DNA of 64,000 bases from Bacteroidales bacterium (lineage in GTDB: Bacteria; Bacteroidota; Bacteroidia; Bacteroidales; UBA7960). The stretch lies in contig JAAYLH010000045.1 in the NCBI GenBank assembly GCA_012521995.1, positions 4,138 through 68,137 on the forward strand. The letters are read 5' to 3'. A program made the translations under genes and the position numbers. A model generated the notes under the pieces. That model did not search any database and was not told the DNA's origin. It saw nothing but the letters and a program-made list of their open reading frames with translations. Of this stretch, positions 9,542 to 19,097 are shown one piece after another; positions within the stretch are counted from its first letter, which is position 1; the number at the start of each line of letters is the position of its first letter.

Positions 9542-10597
9542 ATGAAACAACTGCTTTATTCCGAAGGCGACTATAAAGTATACCGTGAACCTGGCGTCAA
9601 CCCTGAGGCCATTGAATTCCTCCTGCATACTGAGATTGGCAGCACTGGCCCGGTATACGCCCATCTCGACAAGGAAGAACACATCATGCACTTATCCAAC
9701 CCTACCCTGTTCTCACTGAAGAAAGACAAAAAGTTGCTGGGTATGGCCGTGTTTTGCAATGTGACCGTCCTGCTCAGGCAAATTCCAATCACCTGCCACT
9801 ACATTCGCTATTTCAGTGCCTCAGGGGAGATCCGCGGAAAGGGCCTGATGAAGAAATTCGGCGAAAGGGCAATGACCCTTATCCGGGAAAAGGAAACCCG
9901 CAAGACCATCTTTTATGCCTCTGTTGAGAAGAAGAATTACAGTTCCTTCAAGGTCGTCAGCAATGCCGGCTACAAGCCCATCCGACAGGTCGATACCGTA
10001 GGCTTCAGCCGTTTTTTCCCAAGAAGCAAACCCTGCATCAAAAAAGCCGACACTCCTGAAGCCAAGGAAAAGATCCTTGCCTTGCTAAAGGAATATTACA
10101 AAAATCATTCCCTGGTGCAGTTCGAAAAGATCTTTTTTAACAACGATTTTTATTTTATTGAAGAAAACGGAGAGATCCTGGCCGGCTGCCAGATCCACCG
10201 CATCCATTGGAAGATTTTGAATATGCCGGGCCTGTCAGGAAAGGTCATCCTGAAAGTGGTTCCCCACCTCCCCCTGATCCACAGGGTTTTCAATCCCAAA
10301 AAGTTCGATTTCCTGGCCCTCGAAGGCATTTACTTCAAACCCGGAGGCGTGAAGCACTTTTATGCGCTCTTAGAAGGACTGCTTCACCGGGAAGGCTTAA
10401 ACACCGCTCTGTTCTGGCTCGACAGCCAATGCCCCATATACCAGCAACTAAAGGATTACGGCCGCTTTGGTTTCATCCGTTCCTTCACCCGGGATGCCGG
10501 CACCCACCTGATGGCCTCCTGGAAAAACCTCAGTTTCGAAGAAATTAAATTGCTCGAAGAAAGCCCGGTATATGTGAGCGCGTTTGATTTTACCTGA
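9542..10597 (+). CDS. Hypothetical protein, probable tandem GNAT-fold acyltransferase
   Basis: 351-aa ORF followed by a terminator. YIRYFS..EIRGKGL resembles GNAT motif A, followed by NYSSFKV..GY. Confidence 0.55.
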   Translation: MKQLLYSEGDYKVYREPGVNPEAIEFLLHTEIGSTGPVYAHLDKEEHIMHLSNPTLFSLKKDKKLLGMAVFCNVTVLLRQIPITCHYIRYFSASGEIRGKGLMKKFGERAMTLIREKETRKTIFYASVEKKNYSSFKVVSNAGYKPIRQVDTVGFSRFFPRSKPCIKKADTPEAKEKILALLKEYYKNHSLVQFEKIFFNNDFYFIEENGEILAGCQIHRIHWKILNMPGLSGKVILKVVPHLPLIHRVFNPKKFDFLALEGIYFKPGGVKHFYALLEGLLHREGLNTALFWLDSQCPIYQQLKDYGRFGFIRSFTRDAGTHLMASWKNLSFEEIKLLEESPVYVSAFDFT

Positions 10598-10606
10598 AAA
10601 AACAAT

Positions 10607-10637
10607 AAAGCGCAGCGAAAAATCCCTGCGCTTTTTT
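10607..10637 (+). terminator. Intrinsic terminator
   Basis: aaagcgcag / ctgcgcttt stem followed by a T-tract, just after the 9542-10597 ORF. Confidence 0.7.
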
Positions 10638-10669
10638 AATTTTTCCCTATACATTCAGGGTGACCCTCG

Positions 10670-10850
10670 CCCTACCAACTCCCTACCAACTCCCTTTCAG
10701 AGGTCACTGGAAAGGACGATGGTACGAGGGGGGTATTAGGAGCGGTGAGCGGTGGGTGATGAGTTGTGAGTCCAGAAATAGTTTCCAAAAAAGAAGCCCC
10801 GGCACAAACCAGGGCTTTTTACTTTTTACTTTCTACTTCTTACTACTTAC
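10670..10850. repeat. 11-bp tandem repeat plus 7-bp tandem repeats between convergent genes
   Basis: ccctaccaact x2 (10670-10695); agcggtg/agcggtg/ggtgatg/agttgtg (10741-10768); tttttac/tttttac/tttctac/ttcttac/tacttac (10816-10850). Confidence 0.65.
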
Positions 10851-11500
10851 TGCCCCTTCTTCGCGTCTGCCAGGAACTTCTCCAACCCGATATCGGTCAA
10901 TGGATGCTTAAGCAGGCTGAGTATTGGATCGAGCGGACAGGTGACCACGTCGGCTCCGGCTTCAGCACAGGCCACGATATGCATGGGGTGGCGGATGCTG
11001 GCGGCCAGCACCTGGGTCTCAAAGCCGTGGATACTGTATATGTTTACGATCTGATGGATCAGCGTCAGGCTGTCGGTAGAGATATCGTCGAGGCGGCCCA
11101 GGAATGGCGACACATAAGTGGCGCCGGCTTTGGCTGCCAGGATAGCTTGCCCGGGCGAGAACACCAGGGTGCAGTTGGTCTTGATGCCCTTATTGGAGAA
11201 ATACTTTATCGCCTTGATGCCTTCCTTGATCATCGGCACCTTCACCACGATCTGGGAATGCAATGCCGCAAGGGCTTCTCCTTCGCGCACAATGCCCTCG
11301 AAGTCGGTGGCCAGCACCTCGGCGCTGACATCGCCTTCCACAATATTGCAGATATCCACATAATGATTCAGGATGTTCTCCTTGCCCTTGATGCCTTCTT
11401 TGGCCATCAGCGAGGGGTTGGTGGTCACCCCATCGAGGATGCCCAGGTCGTTGGCCTCACGGATCTGGTCAAGATTTGCGGTGTCAATAAAGAATTTCAT
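10847..11500 (-). CDS. tal: Transaldolase / fructose-6-phosphate aldolase family
   Basis: FFIDTAN, GVTTNPSL, Schiff-base VVKVP, TNCTLVFS, YVSPFLGR, LAASIR. Confidence 0.92.
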   Translation of the reverse strand: MKFFIDTANLDQIREANDLGILDGVTTNPSLMAKEGIKGKENILNHYVDICNIVEGDVSAEVLATDFEGIVREGEALAALHSQIVVKVPMIKEGIKAIKYFSNKGIKTNCTLVFSPGQAILAAKAGATYVSPFLGRLDDISTDSLTLIHQIVNIYSIHGFETQVLAASIRHPMHIVACAEAGADVVTCPLDPILSLLKHPLTDIGLEKFLADAKKGQ

Positions 11501-11554
11501 TTGAAAGGATTTTAGGATTTGTTATGAATGAATAGCCCGGGGGAAATAAAAAAT

Positions 11555-11649
11555 GGGCAAGTATGATATCGCACCGCTACGACCGCCTACCCTTGCTACC
11601 TTCCGATCCTGGGGGAGTTCAGCGGGAGCTGGTCGTACCAAACTTACCC
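11555..11649 (-). ncRNA. ffs: Signal recognition particle RNA (small bacterial type)
   Basis: The minus strand has closing stem gggtaagt/acttgccc and core CAGGATCGGAAGGTAGC (GGAA tetraloop, Ffh-binding domain IV pattern). TACTTTTG lies 4 nt upstream (11654-11661). Confidence 0.88.
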
Positions 11650-11833
11650 GCTGCAAAAGTACTAAAATTATTGGTGCTGCCAAAAAAAAATCTTTCTCCA
11701 TAAAGGCCTTCTTCCTCCTGCCGATAATTCCCCTGACACGTGATAAAGGAAAATTCAATTCCAATGCCGGCATACTGAAATTATTGAAAAAATAAATGTA
11801 AGTTTGTTTCCTCTTTATAAACCAAAATGTATC

Positions 11834-12373
11834 ATGGAAAATAATGAAACCACTGCCCGCCCGGGCATGTTTAAGTCAGCACTTACCTATGGCTTGTTGA
11901 TTGGCATATTGCTGATCGTGATTCACCTGGTGTTTTATTTTGCGGGCGCTATGACCAGCAAGTATATGGCCTATCTTTATTATGCAGTCATGCTTGCAGC
12001 CATTATCCTGGCCACTAAGGCCTGGCGTGACGAAGTGATGGGCGGATATATCCGCTATGGGCAGGCCCTTGGCTTTGGCACCCTGACTATTTTCCTTGCC
12101 GCGGCAATGGTAGGGATATACATTTTTATCTTTTACAAATTTGTCGACCCGGGTGCACTGAACGAACTCATGGTAGGCGCTGAACAACAGATGATTGAAA
12201 AAAATCCAAACATTACCGATGAAGAACTGGACATGGCCCTTACGGTTTCGCAAAAATTCATGAAGCCAGGGTTCTTGGGCATTACCTCCATCTTTAATTA
12301 CACCTTCCTGGGCTTTGTGATGTCGCTCATCACGTCCATCTTTATGAAGAAAACCAACCCCGAGGAATTGTAA
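11834..12373 (+). CDS. DUF4199-type membrane protein
   Basis: Four hydrophobic segments with GGYIRYGQALGFG and a C-terminal SLITSIFMKK pattern. ATG 11834 is preferred because TAAGTTTG lies at 11799-11806. Confidence 0.75.
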   Translation: MENNETTARPGMFKSALTYGLLIGILLIVIHLVFYFAGAMTSKYMAYLYYAVMLAAIILATKAWRDEVMGGYIRYGQALGFGTLTIFLAAAMVGIYIFIFYKFVDPGALNELMVGAEQQMIEKNPNITDEELDMALTVSQKFMKPGFLGITSIFNYTFLGFVMSLITSIFMKKTNPEEL

Positions 12374-12396
12374 GACTTTCAAACAAAACAAAACAC

Positions 12397-12428
12397 AAGC
12401 CGGTTTTGCACTTTGCAGCCGGCTTTTT
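12397..12428 (+). terminator. Intrinsic terminator
   Basis: aagccgg / ccggctt stem plus T-tract. Confidence 0.65.
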
Positions 12429-12437
12429 CGTTTTTCT

Positions 12438-12596
12438 GATTACACGGATTAGGGCGGATTTCACAGATGATGGCAATGAGCAAGGGGTATGGGGCGTGGA
12501 GCGTGGGGTACGAGGCTATTGTTGGCTGGCCCGCTTTGCAGGGGTGTCCTTGAACCCAGAACCTGGAACTTTAAACCTGGAACCTTCAACCCCAAA
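12438..12596. repeat. Mosaic of 9-bp and 7-bp degenerate tandem repeats upstream of typA
   Basis: gattacacg/gattagggc/gatttcaca (12438-12468); gggtatg/gggcgtg/gagcgtg/gggtacg (12485-12512); seven cctggaa-like units (12548-12596). Confidence 0.7.
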
Positions 12597-12630
12597 CTTT
12601 TTTGTACCTTTGCAGGCCGAAAAAAAATCC

Positions 12631-14436
12631 ATGACCGAAATACGTAACATTGCCATCATCGCCCATGTAGACCATGGGAAGACTACCCTTGTCGACCGTA
12701 TCCTGCACCAGGTAAAGCTTTTCCGCGACAACCAGGAAACAGGAGATCTCATTCTCGACAGCAACGACCTGGAACGCGAGCGGGGCATCACCATCCTGGC
12801 CAAGAACTGCTCTGTCCGCTATAAGGACACCAAGATCAACATCATCGACACCCCCGGCCACGCTGACTTCGGCGGAGAGGTGGAACGCGTCCTCAATATG
12901 GCAGATGGCGTGTTGCTCATCGTAGATGCCTTTGAGGGGCCCATGCCCCAGACCCGCTTTGTGCTTGAAAAGGCCATACTGTTGGAGAAGAAACCCATCC
13001 TGGTCATCAACAAGGTCGATAAGCCTAACTGCGACCCTGAGCTGGTGCAGGAAAAGGTGTTCGACCTGATGTTCAGCCTCAATGCCACGGAAGACCAGCT
13101 CAATTTCCCCACCGTTTACGGTTCGGCCAAAGGGGGCTGGATGTCGGATGATTGGAAAAACCCAACAACCGATATCCTGTACCTGCTCGACGTAATCCTC
13201 GAACATATCCCCCCGTCCCTACGGGCCGAAGGCAATCCCCAAATGCAGATCACTTCCCTCGACTATAGCTCCTATGTAGGGCGCATAGCAGTAGGGAAAC
13301 TGACCCGCGGCACCCTCGAACAGAACCAGCCCGTATCGCTCGTAAAGCGCGATGGCAGCATCCAAAAGTCGCGCATCAAGGAACTGTATGTCTTTGAAGG
13401 CCTGGGCAAGGAAAGGATCAAGACTCCAATACACGCAGGCGAGATCTGTGCCGTGCTGGGCGTGGAGGACTTCGAAATCGGCGACACCATTGCCGATTTT
13501 GAAAACCCTGAGGCCATCAAGGCCATTGCCATCGACGAGCCTACGATGAGTATGCTATTTACGATAAACACCTCCCCTTTCTATGGCAAGGACGGGAAAT
13601 TTGTCACCAGCCGGCACTTGCGCGACCGCCTGTTTCACGAAACAGAAAAGAACCTGGCCCTGCGGGTAGAAGAGTCGGGCAGCCCCGACGCCTACATCGT
13701 TTACGGCCGCGGCATCCTCCACCTGTCCATCCTCATCGAGACCATGCGCCGCGAAGGCTATGAACTTCAGGTGGGGCAGCCACAGGTCATCATCAAGGAA
13801 GTTGAAGGCAAAAAGCACGAACCCATTGAATACCTTACGGTTCACGTGCCCGGGGAATTTAGCGGAAAGGTAATTGAGCTGGTGTCGCAGCGAAAAGGCG
13901 AACTCGTCAATATGGAGCACAAAAACGAGCGCACCATCCTGGAGTTTGAAATACCCTCACGCGGCCTTATCGGCCTCAGGAACAATATGCTGACCCTCAC
14001 CGAAGGCGAGGCCGTCATGGCCCACCGTCTGAAGGGCTACGAGCCCTTTAAGGGTGAGTTTGGGGTGAAACGCAACGGCGCCCTCATCGCCATGGAGACA
14101 GGGCAAGCCATCGCCTATTCCATCGACAAGCTCCAGGACCGCGGAAAATTCTTTGTCGAACCCGGCGAGGATATCTATGCAGGGCAAGTAGTGGGCGAAA
14201 ACACCCGTCAGGACGACCTGATGGTGAACCTGATCAAGACCAAGAAACTGACCAACGTCAGGGCATCGGGCTCCGACGACAAGGCCAGCATCACCCCTGC
14301 CACAAAGTTCTCGATGGAAGAAGCCCTCGAATATATACGCGAGGACGAATATGTGGAATTCACCCCCAAGCACATACGCATGCGCAAGGTTATCCTTGAT
14401 GAACACGAACGCAAGCGTCAGAAAAAGAGCTCTTAA
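12631..14436 (+). CDS. typA: Translational GTPase TypA/BipA
   Basis: RNIAIIAHVDHGKTTL, ERGITILAKN, DTPGHADFGGEVER, NKVD. The true start is ATG 12631, with TACCTTTG at 12605-12612. Confidence 0.97.
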   Translation: MTEIRNIAIIAHVDHGKTTLVDRILHQVKLFRDNQETGDLILDSNDLERERGITILAKNCSVRYKDTKINIIDTPGHADFGGEVERVLNMADGVLLIVDAFEGPMPQTRFVLEKAILLEKKPILVINKVDKPNCDPELVQEKVFDLMFSLNATEDQLNFPTVYGSAKGGWMSDDWKNPTTDILYLLDVILEHIPPSLRAEGNPQMQITSLDYSSYVGRIAVGKLTRGTLEQNQPVSLVKRDGSIQKSRIKELYVFEGLGKERIKTPIHAGEICAVLGVEDFEIGDTIADFENPEAIKAIAIDEPTMSMLFTINTSPFYGKDGKFVTSRHLRDRLFHETEKNLALRVEESGSPDAYIVYGRGILHLSILIETMRREGYELQVGQPQVIIKEVEGKKHEPIEYLTVHVPGEFSGKVIELVSQRKGELVNMEHKNERTILEFEIPSRGLIGLRNNMLTLTEGEAVMAHRLKGYEPFKGEFGVKRNGALIAMETGQAIAYSIDKLQDRGKFFVEPGEDIYAGQVVGENTRQDDLMVNLIKTKKLTNVRASGSDDKASITPATKFSMEEALEYIREDEYVEFTPKHIRMRKVILDEHERKRQKKSS

Positions 14437-14447
14437 TCCTTTGCCCC

Positions 14448-15668
14448 ATGTCTGCCGACCGTACCCTGCACATAGCCATCCCGGCCATGAACGAAGGGGC
14501 GTTCCTGCACGCCACCCTGGAATGCCTGAAACGGCAGTCTGTCGGCAATTACCAGATATGGATTTGCGTCAACCAGCCTGATACCTGGTGGGCAGATCCT
14601 TCCAAAGAGAACATCTGTCGCGACAACCAATCCACCCTTGCATTCTTGCTGTCGCTGGCCTGGGATAAGCTGCACATCATCGATCACAGCAGCCCCGGCA
14701 AGGGCTGGCAAGGAAAAGCCCACGGCGTGGGTCAGGCACGGAAGGTCCTGATGGATGCCATCAGCCGGATTGCTCTTGACACCGACCTGATTGTCAGCCT
14801 GGATGCCGACACCCTTTTCGAAAATGATTATCTGGCCTCGTTGGCGGCAGTATTCGACCGTCATCCCGAAGCGGTGGCCTTGTCCAACCCCTATTTCCAT
14901 ACCCTTACCGGAACAGAGAACCTCGACCGGGCCATGCTGCGTTACGAGATCTATATGAGGCATTACGCCATCAACCTCTGGCGCATTCGCTCTCCCTATT
15001 CCTTTACAGCCCTGGGCTCGGCCATCACCCTGCCCGTCAGCGCCTACCGAAAGATCGGCGGGATGACTGCCAAAAAAAGCGGCGAGGACTTTTACCTTTT
15101 GCAAAAGCTGAGGAAAACAGGATGGATCGTCAACCACAACACCAGCCTCGTTTACCCTGCCACCCGCTTTTCCGACCGCGTGTTCTTTGGCACGGGCCCT
15201 GCACTCATCAAAGGAAGCCAGGGATTGTGGGACAGCTACCCCATCTACGACCACAGGCTCTTCGACCGGGTTGCCGCGACTTATTCACTTTTCCCCGCCC
15301 TCTTCCACAAGCCCCTGGAAACGCCCATGAGCGCATTCCTCAACAGGCAGTTTGGGGAGGAAGACATTTTTGAACCCCTGCGCAAAAACAATAAAACAAG
15401 TGAACGTTTTATCCATGCCTGCCACCATAAGGTCGACGGCCTCAGGGTGTTACAATTCTTAAAACATCACCAGGCTCAGGTAAATCTCCGCGACGAAGAC
15501 AATCTCCTGGACTTTTTTGAGGTTTTTTATCCCGATTTTTTTATTAAATTTGGGTTAGAGGTAAAGAAAACCCTCGATTTCCAGGCTTCACCCATCGCCT
15601 TGCTGAACGGCATCCGCAATTTCCTGATGGAAAAGGAGCGCATTTACCAGGAAAACGACCGTCCATGA
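14448..15668 (+). CDS. GT-A fold (family 2-like) glycosyltransferase
   Basis: IAIPAMNE, DxD motif SLDADT, GEDFYLLQKL, SDRVFFGTG. Confidence 0.7.
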   Translation: MSADRTLHIAIPAMNEGAFLHATLECLKRQSVGNYQIWICVNQPDTWWADPSKENICRDNQSTLAFLLSLAWDKLHIIDHSSPGKGWQGKAHGVGQARKVLMDAISRIALDTDLIVSLDADTLFENDYLASLAAVFDRHPEAVALSNPYFHTLTGTENLDRAMLRYEIYMRHYAINLWRIRSPYSFTALGSAITLPVSAYRKIGGMTAKKSGEDFYLLQKLRKTGWIVNHNTSLVYPATRFSDRVFFGTGPALIKGSQGLWDSYPIYDHRLFDRVAATYSLFPALFHKPLETPMSAFLNRQFGEEDIFEPLRKNNKTSERFIHACHHKVDGLRVLQFLKHHQAQVNLRDEDNLLDFFEVFYPDFFIKFGLEVKKTLDFQASPIALLNGIRNFLMEKERIYQENDRP

Positions 15669-16606
15669 AACGTCCCGAACCAGGCATCCTGATTGTCATA
15701 ACAGGCCCCACAGCCACGGGCAAGACCCGCCTGGCAGCCTGTGTGGCCGCACAGTGCGAAGGTGAGGTGATCAGCGCCGATTCAAGGCAGGTATACAGAG
15801 GCATGGACCTTGGCACTGGAAAAGACCTGCACGATTTTATGGTAGGCAATACCCTGGTCCCATACCACCTGATCGACATTGCCGAGCCCGGATACGAGTA
15901 TAATGTTTTCGAATTTCAGCAGGATTTTTTCAAAGCCCACAGCCATATCCGGAAACGCAATAAGCAGCCCATCCTTTGCGGAGGCACCGGACTGTATATA
16001 GAGGTGGCCCTAAAAGCTTATCCCCTGCAGAAAGTGGTCCCCAACCCCGAGCTGCGCGAAAACCTGCAACTGCTTACCAACGATGAACTGGGAAGGATCC
16101 TAGCCACCTACCGACCCCTGCACAATACCACCGACCTCAGCGACCGTGAGCGGCTCATCAGGGCGGTAGAAATTGAAACCTTTCAAAAAAACAACCCCCC
16201 CAAGGAAGCTACCCGTCCAAACTTCAAAGCGGTCCTCTTTGCCATCCATTTCGAACGGACCATCTTAAGGGAAAGGATTACAGAACGGCTGAAAAGACGC
16301 CTTGAAGCAGGTATGCTCGACGAGATCCAAAGGCTGCTCGATCAGGGGCTCTCCGATGAACAACTCAAATTCTACGGCCTCGAATACCGTATCCTCACCC
16401 AATACGTGACAGGCGAGATCTCTTACGATGAGATGTTTCGCACCCTGAACACAGCCATCCACCAGTTTGCTAAGCGCCAGATGACCTGGTTTCGCAGGAT
16501 GGAACGCCAGGGAATGACCATCCACTGGATCGATGGAAACCTTTCGGAAGAAGAAAAAACGATGCAGGTGCTGAATATTGTCAACCTGCCGGACATAAAA
16601 CAATGA
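15665..16606 (+). CDS. miaA: tRNA dimethylallyltransferase (MiaA family, DSRQVY variant)
   Basis: Walker A GPTATGKT, ISADSRQVYRGMDLGTGK, GGTGLY, FAKRQMTWFR. Confidence 0.9.
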   Translation: MKRPEPGILIVITGPTATGKTRLAACVAAQCEGEVISADSRQVYRGMDLGTGKDLHDFMVGNTLVPYHLIDIAEPGYEYNVFEFQQDFFKAHSHIRKRNKQPILCGGTGLYIEVALKAYPLQKVVPNPELRENLQLLTNDELGRILATYRPLHNTTDLSDRERLIRAVEIETFQKNNPPKEATRPNFKAVLFAIHFERTILRERITERLKRRLEAGMLDEIQRLLDQGLSDEQLKFYGLEYRILTQYVTGEISYDEMFRTLNTAIHQFAKRQMTWFRRMERQGMTIHWIDGNLSEEEKTMQVLNIVNLPDIKQ

Positions 16607-16612
16607 TTTTTC

Positions 16613-16698
16613 TTATCACCCCCCCATTTTTTATCAACTTTTTGTTGAAAAAGTTATTTTTTTTATCACCTCCCCCTTTATTTTTTACATTACATTTG
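16613..16698 (+). promoter_or_regulatory. glnN promoter region: two TTATCACCYCCCC boxes 50 bp apart, a central 8-bp inverted repeat, and the -7 element TACATTTG
   Basis: Boxes at 16613-16629 and 16663-16679; aacttttt-gttg-aaaaagtt at 16636-16655; TACATTTG at 16691-16698. Confidence 0.55.
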
Positions 16699-16717
16699 AA
16701 ATAATAACCTTTTTCAA

Positions 16718-18904
16718 ATGAACCAGCGACACATTGCAGTTCAAACTGCAATTTCACGACCTTATGCCGAGCCCATCCTCATCTCGGCCAAGGTTTCAGA
16801 GTATTTTGGCACCAATGTCTTCTCGCGCCTGGTGATGCGCGAATACCTTCCCGAGGATGTGTACCGGCAATTGACGGAAGCCATCGACAAGGGCGGCCAG
16901 ATCGATCGCCGCATCTCCGATCAGGTCGCCTCAGCCATGAAAGCCTGGGCCATCAGCAAGGGCGCCAGCCATTACACCCACTGGTTCCTTCCCCTTAACG
17001 GGGCCACAGCCGAAAAACACGACGCCTTCTTCAGCCCTGTAGAGCCCAACCTGAGCATCGAGCAGTTCGACGGCTCCAAGCTGGTGCAGCAAGAGCCCGA
17101 CGCCAGCAGCTTTCCCAGCGGTGGGCTGCGCAATACCTTTGAGGCACGGGGCTATTCGGCCTGGGATCCCTCCTCGCCTGCCTTCATCATGGACGGGACC
17201 CTGTGCATCCCCACGATTTTCCTAGCCTTTACGGGTGAAGCCCTCGACTTCAAGACACCCCTGCTTAAAGCCCTGACCCTCATCGACCAGGTGGCCGTTG
17301 ATGTCTGTCAGTTGTTCGACCGCAACATCACAAGGGTCTACCCTACCCTGGGCTGGGAACAGGAGTATTTCGTGGTGGATGAAGCCCTTTATTATGCCCG
17401 CCCCGACCTGGTGATGACAGGGAGAACGCTTACCGGCCATATCCCTGCCCGTGGGCAGCAACTCGAAGACCACTACTTCGGCGCCATTCCCCACAGGATA
17501 GCGGCTTTTATGAAAGAGTTCGAAACAGAGGCCTGGAAACTGGGCATCCCCGTTAAGACCCGCCACAATGAAGTGGCGCCCAATCAGTTTGAACTGGCCC
17601 CTGTTTATGAGGAGGTGAACATCGCCATTGACCACAACCAGCTGATCATGGTATTGATGGATAAGGTTGCCCGCAAACATCGTTTCCGCGTGCTCTTCCA
17701 CGAGAAGCCTTTCGAAGGGGTCAATGGCAGCGGCAAGCACAACAACTGGTCGTTGGCCACAAATACGGGCAAAAACCTGCTCAGCCCCGGGCATACCCCA
17801 AAAACCAACCTGCTGTTCCTGACCTTCTTTATCAACATCATTCGGGCCATTCACGAGCATTCAGACCTGCTGCGGGCTGCCATTGCCTCGGCAGGCAACG
17901 ACCACCGCCTGGGCGCCAACGAAGCCCCTCCAGCCATCATTTCGATCTTTATCGGCAGGCAACTCACCGGTGTGCTCGATGATCTTGAGAAAAGAGTCAA
18001 AGACAGAAAAATGACCCCGGACGAAAAGAGCGATCTGAAACTCAACATCGGCAAGATCCCCCGCATCATCATCGACAATACCGACCGCAACCGCACTTCG
18101 CCCATGGCCTTTACGGGCAACAAGTTTGAATTCAGGGCGGTAGGCGCTTCGGCCAATTGCGGACCCGCCATGATCGTACTCAACACAATCCTGGCCAACC
18201 GGCTGAAACAGTTCAAATCGGAGGTTGACAAAAACATGGACAAGGGCATTGAGAAAGACGAAGCCATCTTCAGGGTCTTGCGCAAATACATACGCGAGTC
18301 AAAAAACATCCTCTTCGAAGGCAATGGCTACAGCCGGGAGTGGCTGGAAGAAGCCGCCAGGCGCGGACTGCCCAACCTGAAAAACACCCCGGAAGCCCTG
18401 CATTCATACGTTTCAAAAAAAACAATAGCCTTGTTTGAACGCCATGCCATTTTTTCTGAAAAGGAGTTGCATGCCCGTTTTGAGATACGGCTGGAAAACT
18501 ATTCTAAGGTGTTGCAAATCGAGTCGCGGGTGCTTGCCGACCTTTCGGGCAACCACATTATCCCCGCGGCCATCGCTTACCAAAACATCCTTGTCGAAAA
18601 CGTCAGAGGCCTCAAGGATGTCTTGCCCCCTGAGCTCTTCCGGGAGCACTCGGCCCAGCAAATCCATTCCATCTCAAAGATCTCTGAGCACGTCACCCAG
18701 ATCCGGGCCATGGTGCGCCAGATGATCGCCGAACGTAAGGAGGCCAACCAGCAGGAAGACCCCCCGGCCTGCGCCAAGGCCTATTGCAACAAGGTGAAGC
18801 CCCTGATGGAGGAGATCCGCTACCACATCGACAAGCTCGAAATCCTGGTGGATGACCAAATGTGGCCATTGCCCAAGTACCGCGAGCTGATGTTTATAAA
18901 ATAA
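16718..18904 (+). CDS. glnN: Glutamine synthetase type III
   Basis: 728 aa; HYTHWF.PL, AEKHD, QQEPDASSFPSGG.R.TFEARGY, EKPFEGVNGSGKHNNWS, NRTSP.AFTGNKFEFRAVG. Confidence 0.95.
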   Translation: MNQRHIAVQTAISRPYAEPILISAKVSEYFGTNVFSRLVMREYLPEDVYRQLTEAIDKGGQIDRRISDQVASAMKAWAISKGASHYTHWFLPLNGATAEKHDAFFSPVEPNLSIEQFDGSKLVQQEPDASSFPSGGLRNTFEARGYSAWDPSSPAFIMDGTLCIPTIFLAFTGEALDFKTPLLKALTLIDQVAVDVCQLFDRNITRVYPTLGWEQEYFVVDEALYYARPDLVMTGRTLTGHIPARGQQLEDHYFGAIPHRIAAFMKEFETEAWKLGIPVKTRHNEVAPNQFELAPVYEEVNIAIDHNQLIMVLMDKVARKHRFRVLFHEKPFEGVNGSGKHNNWSLATNTGKNLLSPGHTPKTNLLFLTFFINIIRAIHEHSDLLRAAIASAGNDHRLGANEAPPAIISIFIGRQLTGVLDDLEKRVKDRKMTPDEKSDLKLNIGKIPRIIIDNTDRNRTSPMAFTGNKFEFRAVGASANCGPAMIVLNTILANRLKQFKSEVDKNMDKGIEKDEAIFRVLRKYIRESKNILFEGNGYSREWLEEAARRGLPNLKNTPEALHSYVSKKTIALFERHAIFSEKELHARFEIRLENYSKVLQIESRVLADLSGNHIIPAAIAYQNILVENVRGLKDVLPPELFREHSAQQIHSISKISEHVTQIRAMVRQMIAERKEANQQEDPPACAKAYCNKVKPLMEEIRYHIDKLEILVDDQMWPLPKYRELMFIK

Positions 18905-19033
18905 GGCAATACCATAAAAATTTCTGGCGGGTAATAGCACTTCGACCGGCCTTCAGGAAAGGTTCCTTATATTTTCAGGGATCGTCCCTTTCACCATATT
19001 AACCCCTTCAAAAACCGGAATTTATTTGAAGTT

Positions 19034-19097
19034 TAACCGTAGTTTAACCGTACTTTAACCAATTGTAATTGGTTAAAGTACGGTTAAACTACGGTTA
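19034..19097. repeat. Perfect inverted repeat (31-bp arms, 2-nt spacer) built from 11-bp units gtttaaccgta
   Basis: Checked base by base: 19034-19064 pairs with 19067-19097. Confidence 0.9.

Noticed and set aside
10766-11515. 249-aa + strand ORF, and similar long ORFs at 2241-2708, 6532-7278, 12586-13206, 14433-15254, 17222-17860, 21973-22635, 24640-25395, 39038-39886 and 59888-60931
   Set aside because: Each lies antisense to a well-supported gene and shows no motifs of its own; these are shadow ORFs produced by codon bias.
11522-11795. Two ~80-aa ORFs on opposite strands
   Set aside because: They overlap the SRP RNA and its promoter and are better explained as chance ORFs.
12406-12630. 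75-aa N-terminal extension of TypA in the ORF track
   Set aside because: It translates a terminator, tandem repeats and the promoter. TypA homology starts at ATG 12631.
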